This document shows positions 7,252-16,393 of a DNA stretch of 24,000 bases, piece by piece. How positions within the stretch are numbered: the stretch's first letter is position 1; each line of letters starts with the position of its first letter. The notes under the pieces were generated by a model. The model searched no databases. It worked only from the letters and a program-made list of their open reading frames with translations, and was not told the DNA's origin. The stretch is from an uncultured Oscillospiraceae bacterium (GTDB lineage: Bacteria > Bacillota > Clostridia > Oscillospirales > Butyricicoccaceae): NCBI GenBank assembly GCA_964370625.1, contig CAYJKB010000003.1, forward strand, positions 58,036 through 82,035, in the 5' to 3' direction. Made by a program: the position numbers and the translations under genes.

Positions 7252-8871
7252 TTGAGTCGTTTTTCAATTAGCAAAGATAAACTAAAGCATTTAGCGCTTG
7301 TCGCAAAAATTAATGCCAAAAGAGCTTTCGCAAAAACATTTGGTGGTTTATTACGCCTTAAACTCACTAGCATAATTTTAAGTATTTTAACAAAAATAAA
7401 AAATATATGTAAAACTATATTTTCTTTCTTATTTTCAGCACTTTGGCTTGCTGTATTATTCACACATTCAAAACTATCAAGAATTTTTACACCTTTAGTT
7501 CAAGGCTTTAATGATAAAGTTCAGCCTAGACTTTGGTCGATATCATCTAAGCTTCATGAATTTAAACCTTCAAGGCTTACTATGGCATCAGCATGTTTTA
7601 CACTTGTACTTGCTTTTTATGCTGTGTCTATCTGCAATGTTGGATTACTTGTTAAAGTTAATGGACAAGTTATAGGTTATGTTGAAAATGAAGAACAAAT
7701 CGAAGCTGTTATAGCTGAAATTGAAAATAAATCATCTGAAGTTTTAGGCACACCTTATACTCTTGATGCAGATATTGAATATTCTTTAGTTTTCGCTTCT
7801 GATGATGAATACTTATCACATGAAGAAACAAGTATCATCTTAAGTGAAAATGTTAATGACATTGCAAACCTTGCTGTTGTTACAATTGATGGCCAAGTGA
7901 TTGGTGCTTTATCAAATAGTGCTGACGCATATAATGTAATTGAGCAAATCAAATTAGACCGAGTTGACGGTGACACAGATGCTCAAATTGAATTTGTTCA
8001 AGATATTAAAGTTGAAACAATGCAAACTTCTGTAACTATGATGATTACTGAAGATCAATTGTATGAACGTTTAAATGCTACTTCTCAAGGAGAGCACATT
8101 TATCAAGTTAAATCTGGTGATACAATTTCTCAAATTGCTAATGATTATGAAATGAATACTTCTGAAGTTTTAGCTTTAAACCCTGAAGTTGATTCTGATA
8201 AAATTAAAATTGGTCAAGAACTTGTAGTTTCTGCTGCAGTTCCTACTTTGTCTGCTAAAGTAACTCGTGAAATCGAATACACAGAAACTATCCCTTATGA
8301 AACTGTTAAAGAAGATAATGACGATATGGTATTAAATTCTAAAAAAACGGTTCAACAAGGTTCTGAAGGTTCTGCTACAATTGAAGCTCAAGTAGTTTCT
8401 ATTGATGGGGTTGAAGTTGAAAGAGTTATCACAAGTCGTGTTGTTTTAGAAGAACCAACAACAGAAATCGTTGAAGTTGGAACAAAAGTTGTTCCTCATA
8501 TCGGTACTGGTGATTTCCTTCGTCCTTTCGGTGGCACAATGTCATCTGACTATGGCTGGCGTTCTCGAGGTTATCACACAGGTGTTGACTTTGCAGGTCC
8601 ATCAGGTAGCACAATTGTAGCTGCTGATAATGGTAGGGTTGTATTCTCTGGTTGGTATGGCGGTTATGGTAACTGTGTAATTATCGATCATGGTAATGGA
8701 ATTGAAACACTTTATGCACACAACACTCAAAACTCTGTTTCTGTAGGTCAAGTAGTTGAACGAGGTCAAAAGATTGCTACTGTCGGAAGCACAGGAAATA
8801 GTACAGGTCCTCATCTTCACTTTGAAGTACGTGTAAATGGTAATCACGTAAACCCTTGGAACTATCTATAA
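7252..8871 (+). CDS. Membrane-anchored peptidoglycan DD-metalloendopeptidase (LysM + G5 + M23 peptidase domains)
   Basis: LysM: YQVKSGDTISQIANDYEMNTSEVLALNPEV..IKIGQELVV. G5-like: KKTVQQGSEGSATIEAQVVSIDGVEVERVITSRVVLEEPTTEIVEVGTK. M23: HTGVDFAG..GSTIVAADNGRVVFSG..GYGNCVIIDHGNGIETLYAH...GSTGNSTGPHLHFEVRVNG. The start is uncertain. GTG 7240 overlaps the GGAG (7237-7240), while in-frame TTG 7252 lies 11 nt after it. Confidence 0.85.
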   Translation: MSRFSISKDKLKHLALVAKINAKRAFAKTFGGLLRLKLTSIILSILTKIKNICKTIFSFLFSALWLAVLFTHSKLSRIFTPLVQGFNDKVQPRLWSISSKLHEFKPSRLTMASACFTLVLAFYAVSICNVGLLVKVNGQVIGYVENEEQIEAVIAEIENKSSEVLGTPYTLDADIEYSLVFASDDEYLSHEETSIILSENVNDIANLAVVTIDGQVIGALSNSADAYNVIEQIKLDRVDGDTDAQIEFVQDIKVETMQTSVTMMITEDQLYERLNATSQGEHIYQVKSGDTISQIANDYEMNTSEVLALNPEVDSDKIKIGQELVVSAAVPTLSAKVTREIEYTETIPYETVKEDNDDMVLNSKKTVQQGSEGSATIEAQVVSIDGVEVERVITSRVVLEEPTTEIVEVGTKVVPHIGTGDFLRPFGGTMSSDYGWRSRGYHTGVDFAGPSGSTIVAADNGRVVFSGWYGGYGNCVIIDHGNGIETLYAHNTQNSVSVGQVVERGQKIATVGSTGNSTGPHLHFEVRVNGNHVNPWNYL

Positions 8872-8880
8872 TATAAACTT

Positions 8881-8915
8881 AAAGCCTATGTGATTTATCT
8901 CACATAGGCTTTTTT
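8881..8915 (+). terminator. Rho-independent terminator of the M23 peptidase gene
   Basis: 13-bp stem AAAGCCTATGTGA/TCACATAGGCTTT with a 6-nt loop, followed by a T-run. Confidence 0.85.
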
Positions 8916-8931
8916 ACTTGGGATATATAAT

Positions 8932-8962
8932 ATGGGGTATGACATATTCCGTCACACCCCAT
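8932..8962 (-). terminator. Probable terminator of the alr-mazF-downstream gene transcription unit
   Basis: 12-bp stem ATGGGGTATGAC/GTCACACCCCAT. Its single imperfect position is a G-U pair in the minus-strand RNA but an A-C mismatch in the plus-strand RNA, which favours minus-strand function. An AU-rich tail follows. Confidence 0.5.
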
Positions 8963-9021
8963 AACAAATTTTAATTTTATATATAGCTGTGATAAATTAT
9001 TATTCGTACAGCCTATTAAAT

Positions 9022-9642
9022 CTATGATAAAGTATAATTACCATTCACTAAAATAGTAGCTTCTGATGTGGCTGTAATACCTTTATCTTTTATTGTTATA
9101 ATATATAAATTATTTTTATCAAGTTCGCTTCCACCCTTAAGTTCAGAACCTGATGATAGATTTATAATACCTGTCCCAGATGGTGCATAACAATCAGCTG
9201 TACCAATTCGAAGCAATACTTCTGTACCAACTTCAGCTTTAAGTGTTTGCCCATTTGTAAGTGTTATAACTTGCCAAGATAGAGGTGCTTCAGAAATTGT
9301 GCCACCTCTTTCAACAACAGCATCAGCTACTTTATCTATGAATTCGGGGTCGTTTGCAAGTTTTGTTATAGAAGTTTCAAATTGTGCAATCTTAGAATCT
9401 AATTCATTTGCAAAGTTTGTCATTTGGCTTTCAAGTTCAGATGAATATTCTGTAGATAGATTGTCTGCAATTTTGCCAGCTTCTGTTACAGCTTGTTCTT
9501 TAAGCACATTATTTATGTAGCTAACTGTTACTAGTGGGTCTTCTTCTGTACCATAACCATTAGTTGCTATAGCCACATAACCTGTAACCAACATTCCAAC
9601 AAGCAAAAATGCCCCTGTAGAGATTATAAACTTCCTGTTCAT
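9022..9642 (-). CDS. Hypothetical membrane-anchored protein: N-terminal TM/signal anchor, coiled-coil region, C-terminal beta-rich domain
   Basis: ATG 9642 is preceded by GGAGGA plus an 8-nt spacer and lies 1 nt after the mazF stop (TGA 9646-9644). TM helix FIISTGAFLLVGMLVTGYVAIA. Heptad-like region SELESQMTNFANELDSKIAQFETSITKLA. I recognise no catalytic motif. Confidence 0.7.
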   Translation of the reverse strand: MNRKFIISTGAFLLVGMLVTGYVAIATNGYGTEEDPLVTVSYINNVLKEQAVTEAGKIADNLSTEYSSELESQMTNFANELDSKIAQFETSITKLANDPEFIDKVADAVVERGGTISEAPLSWQVITLTNGQTLKAEVGTEVLLRIGTADCYAPSGTGIINLSSGSELKGGSELDKNNLYIITIKDKGITATSEATILVNGNYTLS

Positions 9643-9643
9643 T

Positions 9644-10018
9644 TCAAAAATCCTCCAATTTAATTTCTTGCGATAGTCCAAAGCTAATTGCTAAAGCTTC
9701 ATCAACTTTTTGCATACATGGCCTATCTAATACTCCCATTTTTTCTTTTAACCTTTTTTTGTCAATTGTTCTTATCTGTTCCATTAATACAACAGAATCT
9801 TTTGTAAGTCCAAAGTTTTGCGCAGAAAGTTCTATATGTGTAGGCATTTTTGCTTTGTTAATTTGTGATGTAATGGCAGCTGCAATAACAGTAGGGCTAT
9901 GTTTGTTTCCAACATTGTTTTGAACTATTAAAACAGGTCTTATGCCACCTTGTTCACTACCCACAACAGGACTTAAATCTGCATAGTAAATTTCGCCTCT
10001 CTTGATATTATTATTCAC
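9644..10018 (-). CDS. mazF: MazF/EndoA (PemK-family) mRNA interferase toxin
   Basis: Near colinear with B. subtilis EndoA/NdoA: [59 protein letters not shown]...[17 protein letters not shown]. The start is either GTG 10027 (1 nt from GGAG) or GTG 10018 (10 nt from GGAG, preferred). Confidence 0.9.
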   Translation of the reverse strand: MNNNIKRGEIYYADLSPVVGSEQGGIRPVLIVQNNVGNKHSPTVIAAAITSQINKAKMPTHIELSAQNFGLTKDSVVLMEQIRTIDKKRLKEKMGVLDRPCMQKVDEALAISFGLSQEIKLEDF

Positions 10019-10100
10019 ATTATTCACGCTCCGATGGAAATTAGGCTTTATATAAGCTTATTTTTCCCACAAAGACAATAGTTTTAGTCATAATTCTAAA

Positions 10101-10128
10101 AATATATCTTAGAAAATTTTGCTTTCAA
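10101..10128 (-). promoter_or_regulatory. Candidate internal promoter in the alr-mazF spacer
   Basis: Minus strand reads TTGAAA, a 16-nt spacer, then TATATT, about 70 nt upstream of the mazF start. Confidence 0.35.
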
Positions 10129-10166
10129 ACTATTATATTCAAATTTAGTGAATAATGTACGTGGTA

Positions 10167-11312
10167 TCAGTATTGTTTTTTGTAAATTTTTGCAACTCTA
10201 CGGCTGAGTGCACATAAAATTTCATATGTAATTGTACCAGCACGTTTTGCTAAATCATCTGCATGATTTTCATTTTCTTCACTACCAAAAATAACAACCT
10301 CGTCACCTTTACAAATTTGATTATCTTCAGTATAAATATCAGTTAAATCAATCATGCACATATCCATACAAATTCTACCGACTACAGGTGCTTTTTTGCC
10401 AGCTACTGTAAAGTAAAGTCCCTCTCCTCCACATGCACGAAGTAATCCATCTGCATATCCAATGGTAATTACAGCTATTTTGCTATCTCTGTCAAAAGTA
10501 TGCGAAAATCCATAACTTATGCTTTCGCCTTTTTTAACATCTTTAACCTGAGCAACTCTTGCTTTAAATGTAAGTGGTGGGATAAGTCCGATACTATCCT
10601 CTAAATCAAAATCTGGTGTATGTCCATACAAGACAATTCCAGCACGAACCATATCCATATGCATGTGTTTATATTGTAACAGAGCACCACTATTTGCACA
10701 ATGGCAAAATTTCATTTTAATGCCTTTTTGTTCTAATTCATCACATACTGAAAGAAATTTATTGAATTGAGCATGTGTTTTTTCTGCACTTACAACTTCA
10801 TCAGCCACAGCAAAATGAGTATATAAGCCTTCAATGGATATGCCTTTCATTTTATTAATTTCAACTATGTCGTTTATTGCATTATCAAAATTAAAACCTA
10901 ACCTATTCATTCCAGTGTCTACTTTAATATGAACTCTTACAGTTTTATTTAAATTTTGACAAATTGCTGATAAAAATTTTGCACTCTTAATGTCAAAAAC
11001 TGAAATTGTAATATTTTGAGAGATTAACATTCCAATACTCTCATCATCAAAATATCCTAAAAGTAATATGTTTGCAGTTATTCCACTTTGACGAAGTTCT
11101 AATGCTTCATCAAATGTTGCAACTGCGAAATATCCTGCACCAGCATCTTGAAGTGCATGTGCAACTCTTGTACTACCATGTCCATAAGCATCTGCTTTTA
11201 TAACACATAATACCTCTTTTGCATTAACTGAACTTTTAATTTTATTATAATTCGATACAATTTCATCTAAATCTATTTCTGCCCAAACCCTATTGCTTAG
11301 TATATTATTCAT
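10167..11312 (-). CDS. alr: Alanine racemase (PLP-dependent)
   Basis: PLP-lysine motif VIKADAYGHG near the N-terminus. Also VHIKVDTGMNRLGF, YTHFA and the C-terminal beta domain ISYG...GRICMDMCMID, all typical of Alr. Confidence 0.92.
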   Translation of the reverse strand: MNNILSNRVWAEIDLDEIVSNYNKIKSSVNAKEVLCVIKADAYGHGSTRVAHALQDAGAGYFAVATFDEALELRQSGITANILLLGYFDDESIGMLISQNITISVFDIKSAKFLSAICQNLNKTVRVHIKVDTGMNRLGFNFDNAINDIVEINKMKGISIEGLYTHFAVADEVVSAEKTHAQFNKFLSVCDELEQKGIKMKFCHCANSGALLQYKHMHMDMVRAGIVLYGHTPDFDLEDSIGLIPPLTFKARVAQVKDVKKGESISYGFSHTFDRDSKIAVITIGYADGLLRACGGEGLYFTVAGKKAPVVGRICMDMCMIDLTDIYTEDNQICKGDEVVIFGSEENENHADDLAKRAGTITYEILCALSRRVAKIYKKQY

Positions 11313-11902
11313 TAATTAGTATTCTCCAAAAAAGTAAAATTTTCAAATTGTATATCAAGTAACATCTGCCCATTTAAATAAATTTCTGCATTTATTAATT
11401 GAAATTCTTCATCAAAATAAATGTCTTTAATATATTCCCCATAATCATTTTCGCCAATAAATCTTGTATAAATAATAGTTTTATCATCTTCTTTATGTTG
11501 CGAAACAATTTCACTGTGTAATGTTTTAATATCATCTATCAATGCAGAAATTACATCTACCGGCGTAAAACCATAAATATCTGGCATAGCTGTTTCAAGG
11601 CTGGTCTTTCCAAATTCCACCACAGAACCGCTATCATCTTTTGATATTTTCACACTTATATCTGAAATTTCATCGGGCGAATTTATTACAAGTATATCTT
11701 CAGCATCCTTATTATATGTAAATTCCACACCATAAACCAGAACATTTGTACCTAAATTCGATGTAATTTCAGCATTAGTTGTAAAAAAAGGTATTTCGTT
11801 ATATTGTGTAGTTATATCAAATAATGCATCATCTTCGTTTTGACAGGCAGTTAATAACATAAAACATACAATAAAACACAAAATTAAAACTCTTTTTAGC
11901 AT
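11312..11902 (-). CDS. Lipoprotein, positional equivalent of B. subtilis YdcC (LolA-like sporulation lipoprotein)
   Basis: ATG 11902 follows GGAGGTGAGAAA. Lipobox signal peptide MLKRVLILCFIVCFMLLTAC. The stop TAA overlaps the alr ATG by 1 nt (TAATG). It sits between acpS and alr, as ydcC does in Bacillus. Confidence 0.7.
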   Translation of the reverse strand: MLKRVLILCFIVCFMLLTACQNEDDALFDITTQYNEIPFFTTNAEITSNLGTNVLVYGVEFTYNKDAEDILVINSPDEISDISVKISKDDSGSVVEFGKTSLETAMPDIYGFTPVDVISALIDDIKTLHSEIVSQHKEDDKTIIYTRFIGENDYGEYIKDIYFDEEFQLINAEIYLNGQMLLDIQFENFTFLENTN

Positions 11903-11962
11903 TTTCTCACCTCCAACATACAATTATAATATTATATGTTCGAAAAGTGAAATTTAGAACTT

Positions 11963-12307
11963 TTAAAAGATTATAACAGTGGCTGTAGCGTATCTGTCAG
12001 AATGTGCGATAGATAGCTGACTTATAATTTCTCCTACACCATGAAAATCAATATAAGGTTTGCCCATTTTATCATGTAAAATTTCAACATCTACAAGCGA
12101 AGTTCCTGAAAGACCTGTTCCTAAAGCTTTCAAAAAAGCTTCTTTTGCACAAAAAAGTCCTGCTGCTGTACGATATCGGTTATATCTATGGCTATCAATA
12201 TACTTGATTTCATTTTCTGTAAAAACTTTTTTAGCAAAATCAGGCTTTTCCATAGCTTTTTCCATTCGAGAAACTTCTAGTATATCTGTCCCTAAACCTC
12301 TAATCAT
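11963..12307 (-). CDS. acpS: Holo-[acyl-carrier-protein] synthase (4'-phosphopantetheinyl transferase)
   Basis: MIRGLGTDILEVSRM..., FT..E, FCAKEAFLKALGTG, and the C-terminal SIAHSDRYATATVI are typical AcpS motifs. ATG 12307 is preceded by AGAGGTG. The upstream GTG 12316 lies inside that RBS. Confidence 0.9.
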   Translation of the reverse strand: MIRGLGTDILEVSRMEKAMEKPDFAKKVFTENEIKYIDSHRYNRYRTAAGLFCAKEAFLKALGTGLSGTSLVDVEILHDKMGKPYIDFHGVGEIISQLSIAHSDRYATATVIIF

Positions 12308-12489
12308 TGTATTCACCTCTATTTATTAATTTATATATTAATACTATTTTATTATATATGAGTATTGCTAACAAGTCAATTTTTTGTAATATTATTTTTA
12401 GTAACATATTGTAAATTTTTACACATAAATACAAAAAGTATACTTTTTCATTTTAAGCTATTTTTTATTCATTTTTTTAAATATTTTAC

Positions 12490-12518
12490 TTGAAAACTCC
12501 ATCAATTTATGTTAATAT
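12490..12518 (+). promoter_or_regulatory. Candidate sigma-A promoter of the pheST T-box leader
   Basis: TTGAAA (12490-12495), a 17-nt spacer, then TAATAT (12513-12518). Confidence 0.5.
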
Positions 12519-12540
12519 CTAATAGTATTTATATTTATAA

Positions 12541-12838
12541 AAGCTATGACGAGAACAGTAGCAAATATTTTGCTTATAAAGAGAATTGTGATCTTGGGCT
12601 GAAAGTCACATATAAGGAAAGTTTGTAAAATTCATCTCTGAGCTTTTGTGGGGAACGAAACAAATTTGTTTTAAGTAGTTACAAACGTTTAATCTGCGTT
12701 ATAAGATTTTAGGTTATACCATCGCTTGGTATTGCCTGCTATAGTGCTTATCTTTTATAGATAGGAATTTGGGTGGTACCACGGAATACTGTAAATGTGT
12801 CTTTCGTCCCTTTTTTAGAGGACAAAAGGCTTTTTTTA
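12541..12838 (+). promoter_or_regulatory. T-box riboswitch leader (tRNA-Phe responsive) with intrinsic terminator
   Basis: Conserved T-box sequence AATTTGGGTGGTACCACGG at 12766-12784. Stem I start TGACGAGAACAGTAG and an AGAGA element. Candidate specifier TTC (Phe) at 12631-12633 followed by A. Terminator stem GTCTTTCGTCC/GGACAAAAGGC (12799-12830) plus a T7 run. pheS follows directly. Confidence 0.85.
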
Positions 12839-12870
12839 TTGTCAAAAATCAATTTAAGGAGAGTTATTAT

Positions 12871-13890
12871 ATGAAAAACAAGCTCGAAGCTATACAAAAT
12901 AGTGCTATAGCTGAAATTACTTCGTCAGCTTCACTTCGTGATCTTGATGCTGTGCGTGTTAAATATTTAGGTAAAAAAGGTGAACTTACAGCTATCTTGC
13001 GTTCAATGGGTAGTTTGCCAGCAGAAGAACGTCCTATTGTTGGTGGACTTGTAAATGAAGTTCGTGAAATTCTTGAAAACACAATAACAGAAAAGTCTTC
13101 TGCTCTTGAAAGTGATGCTTTAAATCAAAAGCTTGCTGAAGAAACACTTGATGTATCAATGCCTGGTTCTATTGCTACAATTGGTGCAAAACATCCTCTT
13201 AGCATTGTGCTTGATGATATTCGTGATATTTTCATGGGTATGGGATTTTCTATTGCTGAAGGTCCTGAGGTTGAGCAAGATTATTACAACTTTGAAGCAT
13301 TAAATCTTCCTAAAGATCACCCAGCAAGAGATACTCAAGATACTTTCTATATCGCTGAAAACATCTTACTTCGTACACAAACTTCAACTGTACAAATTCA
13401 TACAATGGAAAAACAAAAACCACCAATCCGCATTATTGCCCCTGGTCGTGTTTATCGAAGTGATGCTGTCGATGCCACTCACTCACCTGTTTTCCATCAA
13501 ATCGAAGGACTTGTAGTTGATAAAAATATTTCAATGAGTGACCTTAAAGGTATTTTAGAATTATTTGCTAAAAAACTTTATGGAGATGATACTGTTGTTC
13601 GTTTCCGTCCTCACCATTTCCCATTCACAGAACCATCTGCTGAAATGGATGTAATGTGCTTCATGTGTGCTGGCGAAGGTTGTAGACTTTGTAAAGGTGA
13701 AGGTTGGATAGAAATTTTAGGCTGTGGAATGGTTCACCCTAAAGTTCTTGAAACTTGTAATATTGACCCTAATGTATATTCTGGTTATGCATTTGGTTTA
13801 GGTTTAGAACGTGTTGTAATGCGTCGTTACAAAATCGATGATATTCGTATGTTCTATGAAAATGATGTTCGTTTTCTACATCAATTTTAA
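12871..13890 (+). CDS. pheS: Phenylalanine--tRNA ligase alpha subunit
   Basis: ATG 12871 follows AAGGAGAG. Class II aaRS motifs [25 protein letters not shown] and GFGLGLERV. The longer ORF starting at 12769 runs through the T-box terminator and is an artefact. Confidence 0.95.
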   Translation: MKNKLEAIQNSAIAEITSSASLRDLDAVRVKYLGKKGELTAILRSMGSLPAEERPIVGGLVNEVREILENTITEKSSALESDALNQKLAEETLDVSMPGSIATIGAKHPLSIVLDDIRDIFMGMGFSIAEGPEVEQDYYNFEALNLPKDHPARDTQDTFYIAENILLRTQTSTVQIHTMEKQKPPIRIIAPGRVYRSDAVDATHSPVFHQIEGLVVDKNISMSDLKGILELFAKKLYGDDTVVRFRPHHFPFTEPSAEMDVMCFMCAGEGCRLCKGEGWIEILGCGMVHPKVLETCNIDPNVYSGYAFGLGLERVVMRRYKIDDIRMFYENDVRFLHQF

Positions 13891-13915
13891 TCGAAAGTTA
13901 TAGGAGGAAATATAT

Positions 13916-16324
13916 ATGAAAGTGCCATATAGTTGGCTTGCTGATTTAACTGATTTATCAGGAATTACTATGCGTGAATACCAAAATGCTCTTACAATGT
14001 CAGGTTCTAAAGTTGAGGGCATTGAATATTTAGGTGAACAAATTCAAAATGTTGTAACTTGTAAAATCATTTCTATAGAAAAACATCCTGATGCTGATAA
14101 ATTATCTGTTTGTATGGTAAACATTGGCGAAGGGAAAGAGCCTGTTCAAATTGTAACTGCTGCTAAAAATATGCAGGTGGACGATATTGTTCCTCTTGCG
14201 CAAGATAAATCTACTTTAGCTAGTGGAATGAAAATCACTAAAGGTAAACTTCGTGGTGTTATGTCTTTTGGTATGTTCTGTTCACATGAAGAACTAGGAC
14301 TTACGCTTGGTAATGTTCCTTATGGTTGTGAAGATGGGCTTTTAATTATGCCTTCTGACACTCCAGTTGGTGTTGATATTCGTACAGTATTAGGACTTGA
14401 TGAACATGTTGTTGAATTTGAAATCACTTCAAACCGTCCTGATTGTTTAGCTGTTTTAGGTTTAGCTCGTGAAACAGCTGCAACATTTAATCGTGAATTT
14501 AAACACACACCACTAAGTATTGTTGATGGAGCTGTTTCTGGCGAGGTAAATGACTTTATTTCTGTTGAAGTAAAAGATACTGAGCTTTGTGCACGTTATG
14601 CTGCTCGTGTTGTTAAAGATGTTAAAATTGAACCTTCACCGGCTTGGATGCGTGAGCGTTTACACGCTTGTGGTGTTAGACCTATTAACAATATCGTTGA
14701 TATTACAAACTACGTAATGTTAGAATATGGTCAACCTATGCATGCATTTGATTATGCTTGTCTTTCTGATAAAAAAATAATTGTTCGTCGTGCTGAAAAC
14801 GGTGAAATCATGAAAACTCTTGATGATGAAGACAGAGCACTTACTTCTGACATGCTTGTTATTGCCGATGGCACAAAACCTGTTGCTGTAGCCGGTGTTA
14901 TGGGTGGATTAGGTAGTGGTATTACTGAAAGCACTAAAACTGTAGTTTTCGAAAGTGCAAACTTTGCCGGTGGTAGTGTTCGAATTACTGCTAAAAATTT
15001 AGGCATGAGAACTGAGTCATCTGGACGTTTTGAAAAAGGTCTTGACCCTGTAAATGCTATGTATGCTTTAGAGCGTGCTTGTAATCTTATTGAAGAACTT
15101 GGTGCTGGTACTGTAGTTTCTGGGACTATTGATGAAGCTTTTTATGATAAAACTCCAGTTAAACTACCTCTTGAGGTTGATAAAATCAATGCACTTCTTG
15201 GTACTTCAATTTCTAAAGCTGATATGCAAAAATATTTGACTATATTAGATTTTGGTGTTGAAGGTGATGATGTAATTGTTCCTTCTTTTAGAGCTGATGT
15301 TCGTTCTATGTCTGATTTGGCTGAAGAAGTTGCAAGAATTTTTGGATATGATAATATCCCAACAACACTTTATGCAGGTGAAACTGTTCAAGGTGCTTTA
15401 ACAACAATGCAAGCTTTTGAAAATAAAGCTACTTCTGCTTGTAGAAGCTTTGGTTTTGATGAGATTATTACACATTCATTTATAAGCCCTAAAATGTATG
15501 ATAAAATTGCATATACACCATCAGATATACGCAGATTATCAACAACTATTACAAATCCACTTGGTGAAGATTTCAGCGTTATGCGTACAACTACATTAGG
15601 CTGTATGCTTGACATTTTATCTCGTAACCAAAGCTTTAGAAATGCTGATGTAAAACTTTATGAACTTGGCATGATTTATACTCCGGTTGTTGAAAACGGA
15701 AAAGTTATAGCTGAAAAACAGCCTAAAGAAGAAAAAGTGTTAACACTTGGTGCTTATGGCAAAATAGATTTCTTTGAATTTAAAGGTTATGTTGAAACTA
15801 TTTTATCTACTTTATCTGTATTTGAAGTTAGTTTTGAAGCTGATAAAGAAAATTCTTCTTATCACCCTGGGCGTACTGCTAAAATTTTCTCAGGTGATAT
15901 TTTAATCGGTACTATGGGAACTATCCATCCTGCTGTTTGTAAAAACTTTGAACTGTCATCTGATGTATTATGTGCTGAACTTAATATGAATTCACTATTA
16001 TCAGCATCAAAACCTGAAAGACAATATAAACATCTTCCAAAATTCCCAGCTTCAACTCGTGACCTTGCTATTTTATGTGCAGATGAAATTCCTGTTGCAA
16101 AACTTGAAAACTGCATTAAAAATGCTGTAGGTAAAACGCTTGAAAGTGTAAAATTATTCGATGTTTATCGTGGAAATCAAATTGAGGAAGGTAAAAAAAG
16201 CGTAGCATATGCAATTGTACTTCGTGCTGAAGATAGAACTCTTACAGTTGAAGAATGTGACAAAGCTGTAGCTAAAGCTTTATCTGCCCTTCAAAATGAA
16301 TTTGATGCAGTATTACGTGGATAA
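13916..16324 (+). CDS. pheT: Phenylalanine--tRNA ligase beta subunit
   Basis: 802 aa. N-terminal MKVPYSWL, a tRNA-binding domain (KHPDADKLSVC), B3/4 and B5 domains, and a C-terminal FDX-ACB-type domain (FDVYRG..I..GKKS.A). RBS AGGAGGA 25 nt after pheS. Confidence 0.95.
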   Translation: MKVPYSWLADLTDLSGITMREYQNALTMSGSKVEGIEYLGEQIQNVVTCKIISIEKHPDADKLSVCMVNIGEGKEPVQIVTAAKNMQVDDIVPLAQDKSTLASGMKITKGKLRGVMSFGMFCSHEELGLTLGNVPYGCEDGLLIMPSDTPVGVDIRTVLGLDEHVVEFEITSNRPDCLAVLGLARETAATFNREFKHTPLSIVDGAVSGEVNDFISVEVKDTELCARYAARVVKDVKIEPSPAWMRERLHACGVRPINNIVDITNYVMLEYGQPMHAFDYACLSDKKIIVRRAENGEIMKTLDDEDRALTSDMLVIADGTKPVAVAGVMGGLGSGITESTKTVVFESANFAGGSVRITAKNLGMRTESSGRFEKGLDPVNAMYALERACNLIEELGAGTVVSGTIDEAFYDKTPVKLPLEVDKINALLGTSISKADMQKYLTILDFGVEGDDVIVPSFRADVRSMSDLAEEVARIFGYDNIPTTLYAGETVQGALTTMQAFENKATSACRSFGFDEIITHSFISPKMYDKIAYTPSDIRRLSTTITNPLGEDFSVMRTTTLGCMLDILSRNQSFRNADVKLYELGMIYTPVVENGKVIAEKQPKEEKVLTLGAYGKIDFFEFKGYVETILSTLSVFEVSFEADKENSSYHPGRTAKIFSGDILIGTMGTIHPAVCKNFELSSDVLCAELNMNSLLSASKPERQYKHLPKFPASTRDLAILCADEIPVAKLENCIKNAVGKTLESVKLFDVYRGNQIEEGKKSVAYAIVLRAEDRTLTVEECDKAVAKALSALQNEFDAVLRG

Positions 16325-16393
16325 CTCTTTACAAATTTGCAATTTTGTACTATTCTATATATAAGAAGAATTTTTGATTAGGAGGTATGAGCT

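Noticed and set aside
7185-7463. 92-aa minus-strand ORF overlapping the start of the M23 peptidase gene
   Set aside because: It is antisense to a well-supported gene and its promoter. It has no SD, its composition is low-complexity Lys/Ile/Phe typical of AT-rich antisense frames, and I recognise no motif in it.
9643-9681. 13-codon upstream extension ([13 protein letters not shown]) of the gene downstream of mazF
   Set aside because: It would overlap the mazF 3' end and has no RBS. ATG 9642 has GGAGGA at ideal spacing and starts a normal signal-anchor.
10028-10240. Mini-ORFs of 16 aa and 26 aa on the minus strand, considered as candidate MazE antitoxins
   Set aside because: Neither has an SD, both are far shorter than known MazE or EndoAI, and neither looks RHH- or AbrB-like. 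They are kept only as context for the orphan-mazF finding.
12317-12489. 18-aa ORF MSIANKSIFCNIIFSNIL and the AT-rich spacer between acpS and the T-box promoter
   Set aside because: No SD and no structure or repeat. It is most simply a divergent promoter region.
12769-12870. N-terminal 34-aa extension of the pheS ORF ([16 protein letters not shown]...)
   Set aside because: It reads through the T-box sequence and the terminator T-run and has no RBS. ATG 12871 has AAGGAGAG upstream and gives the normal PheS N-terminus.
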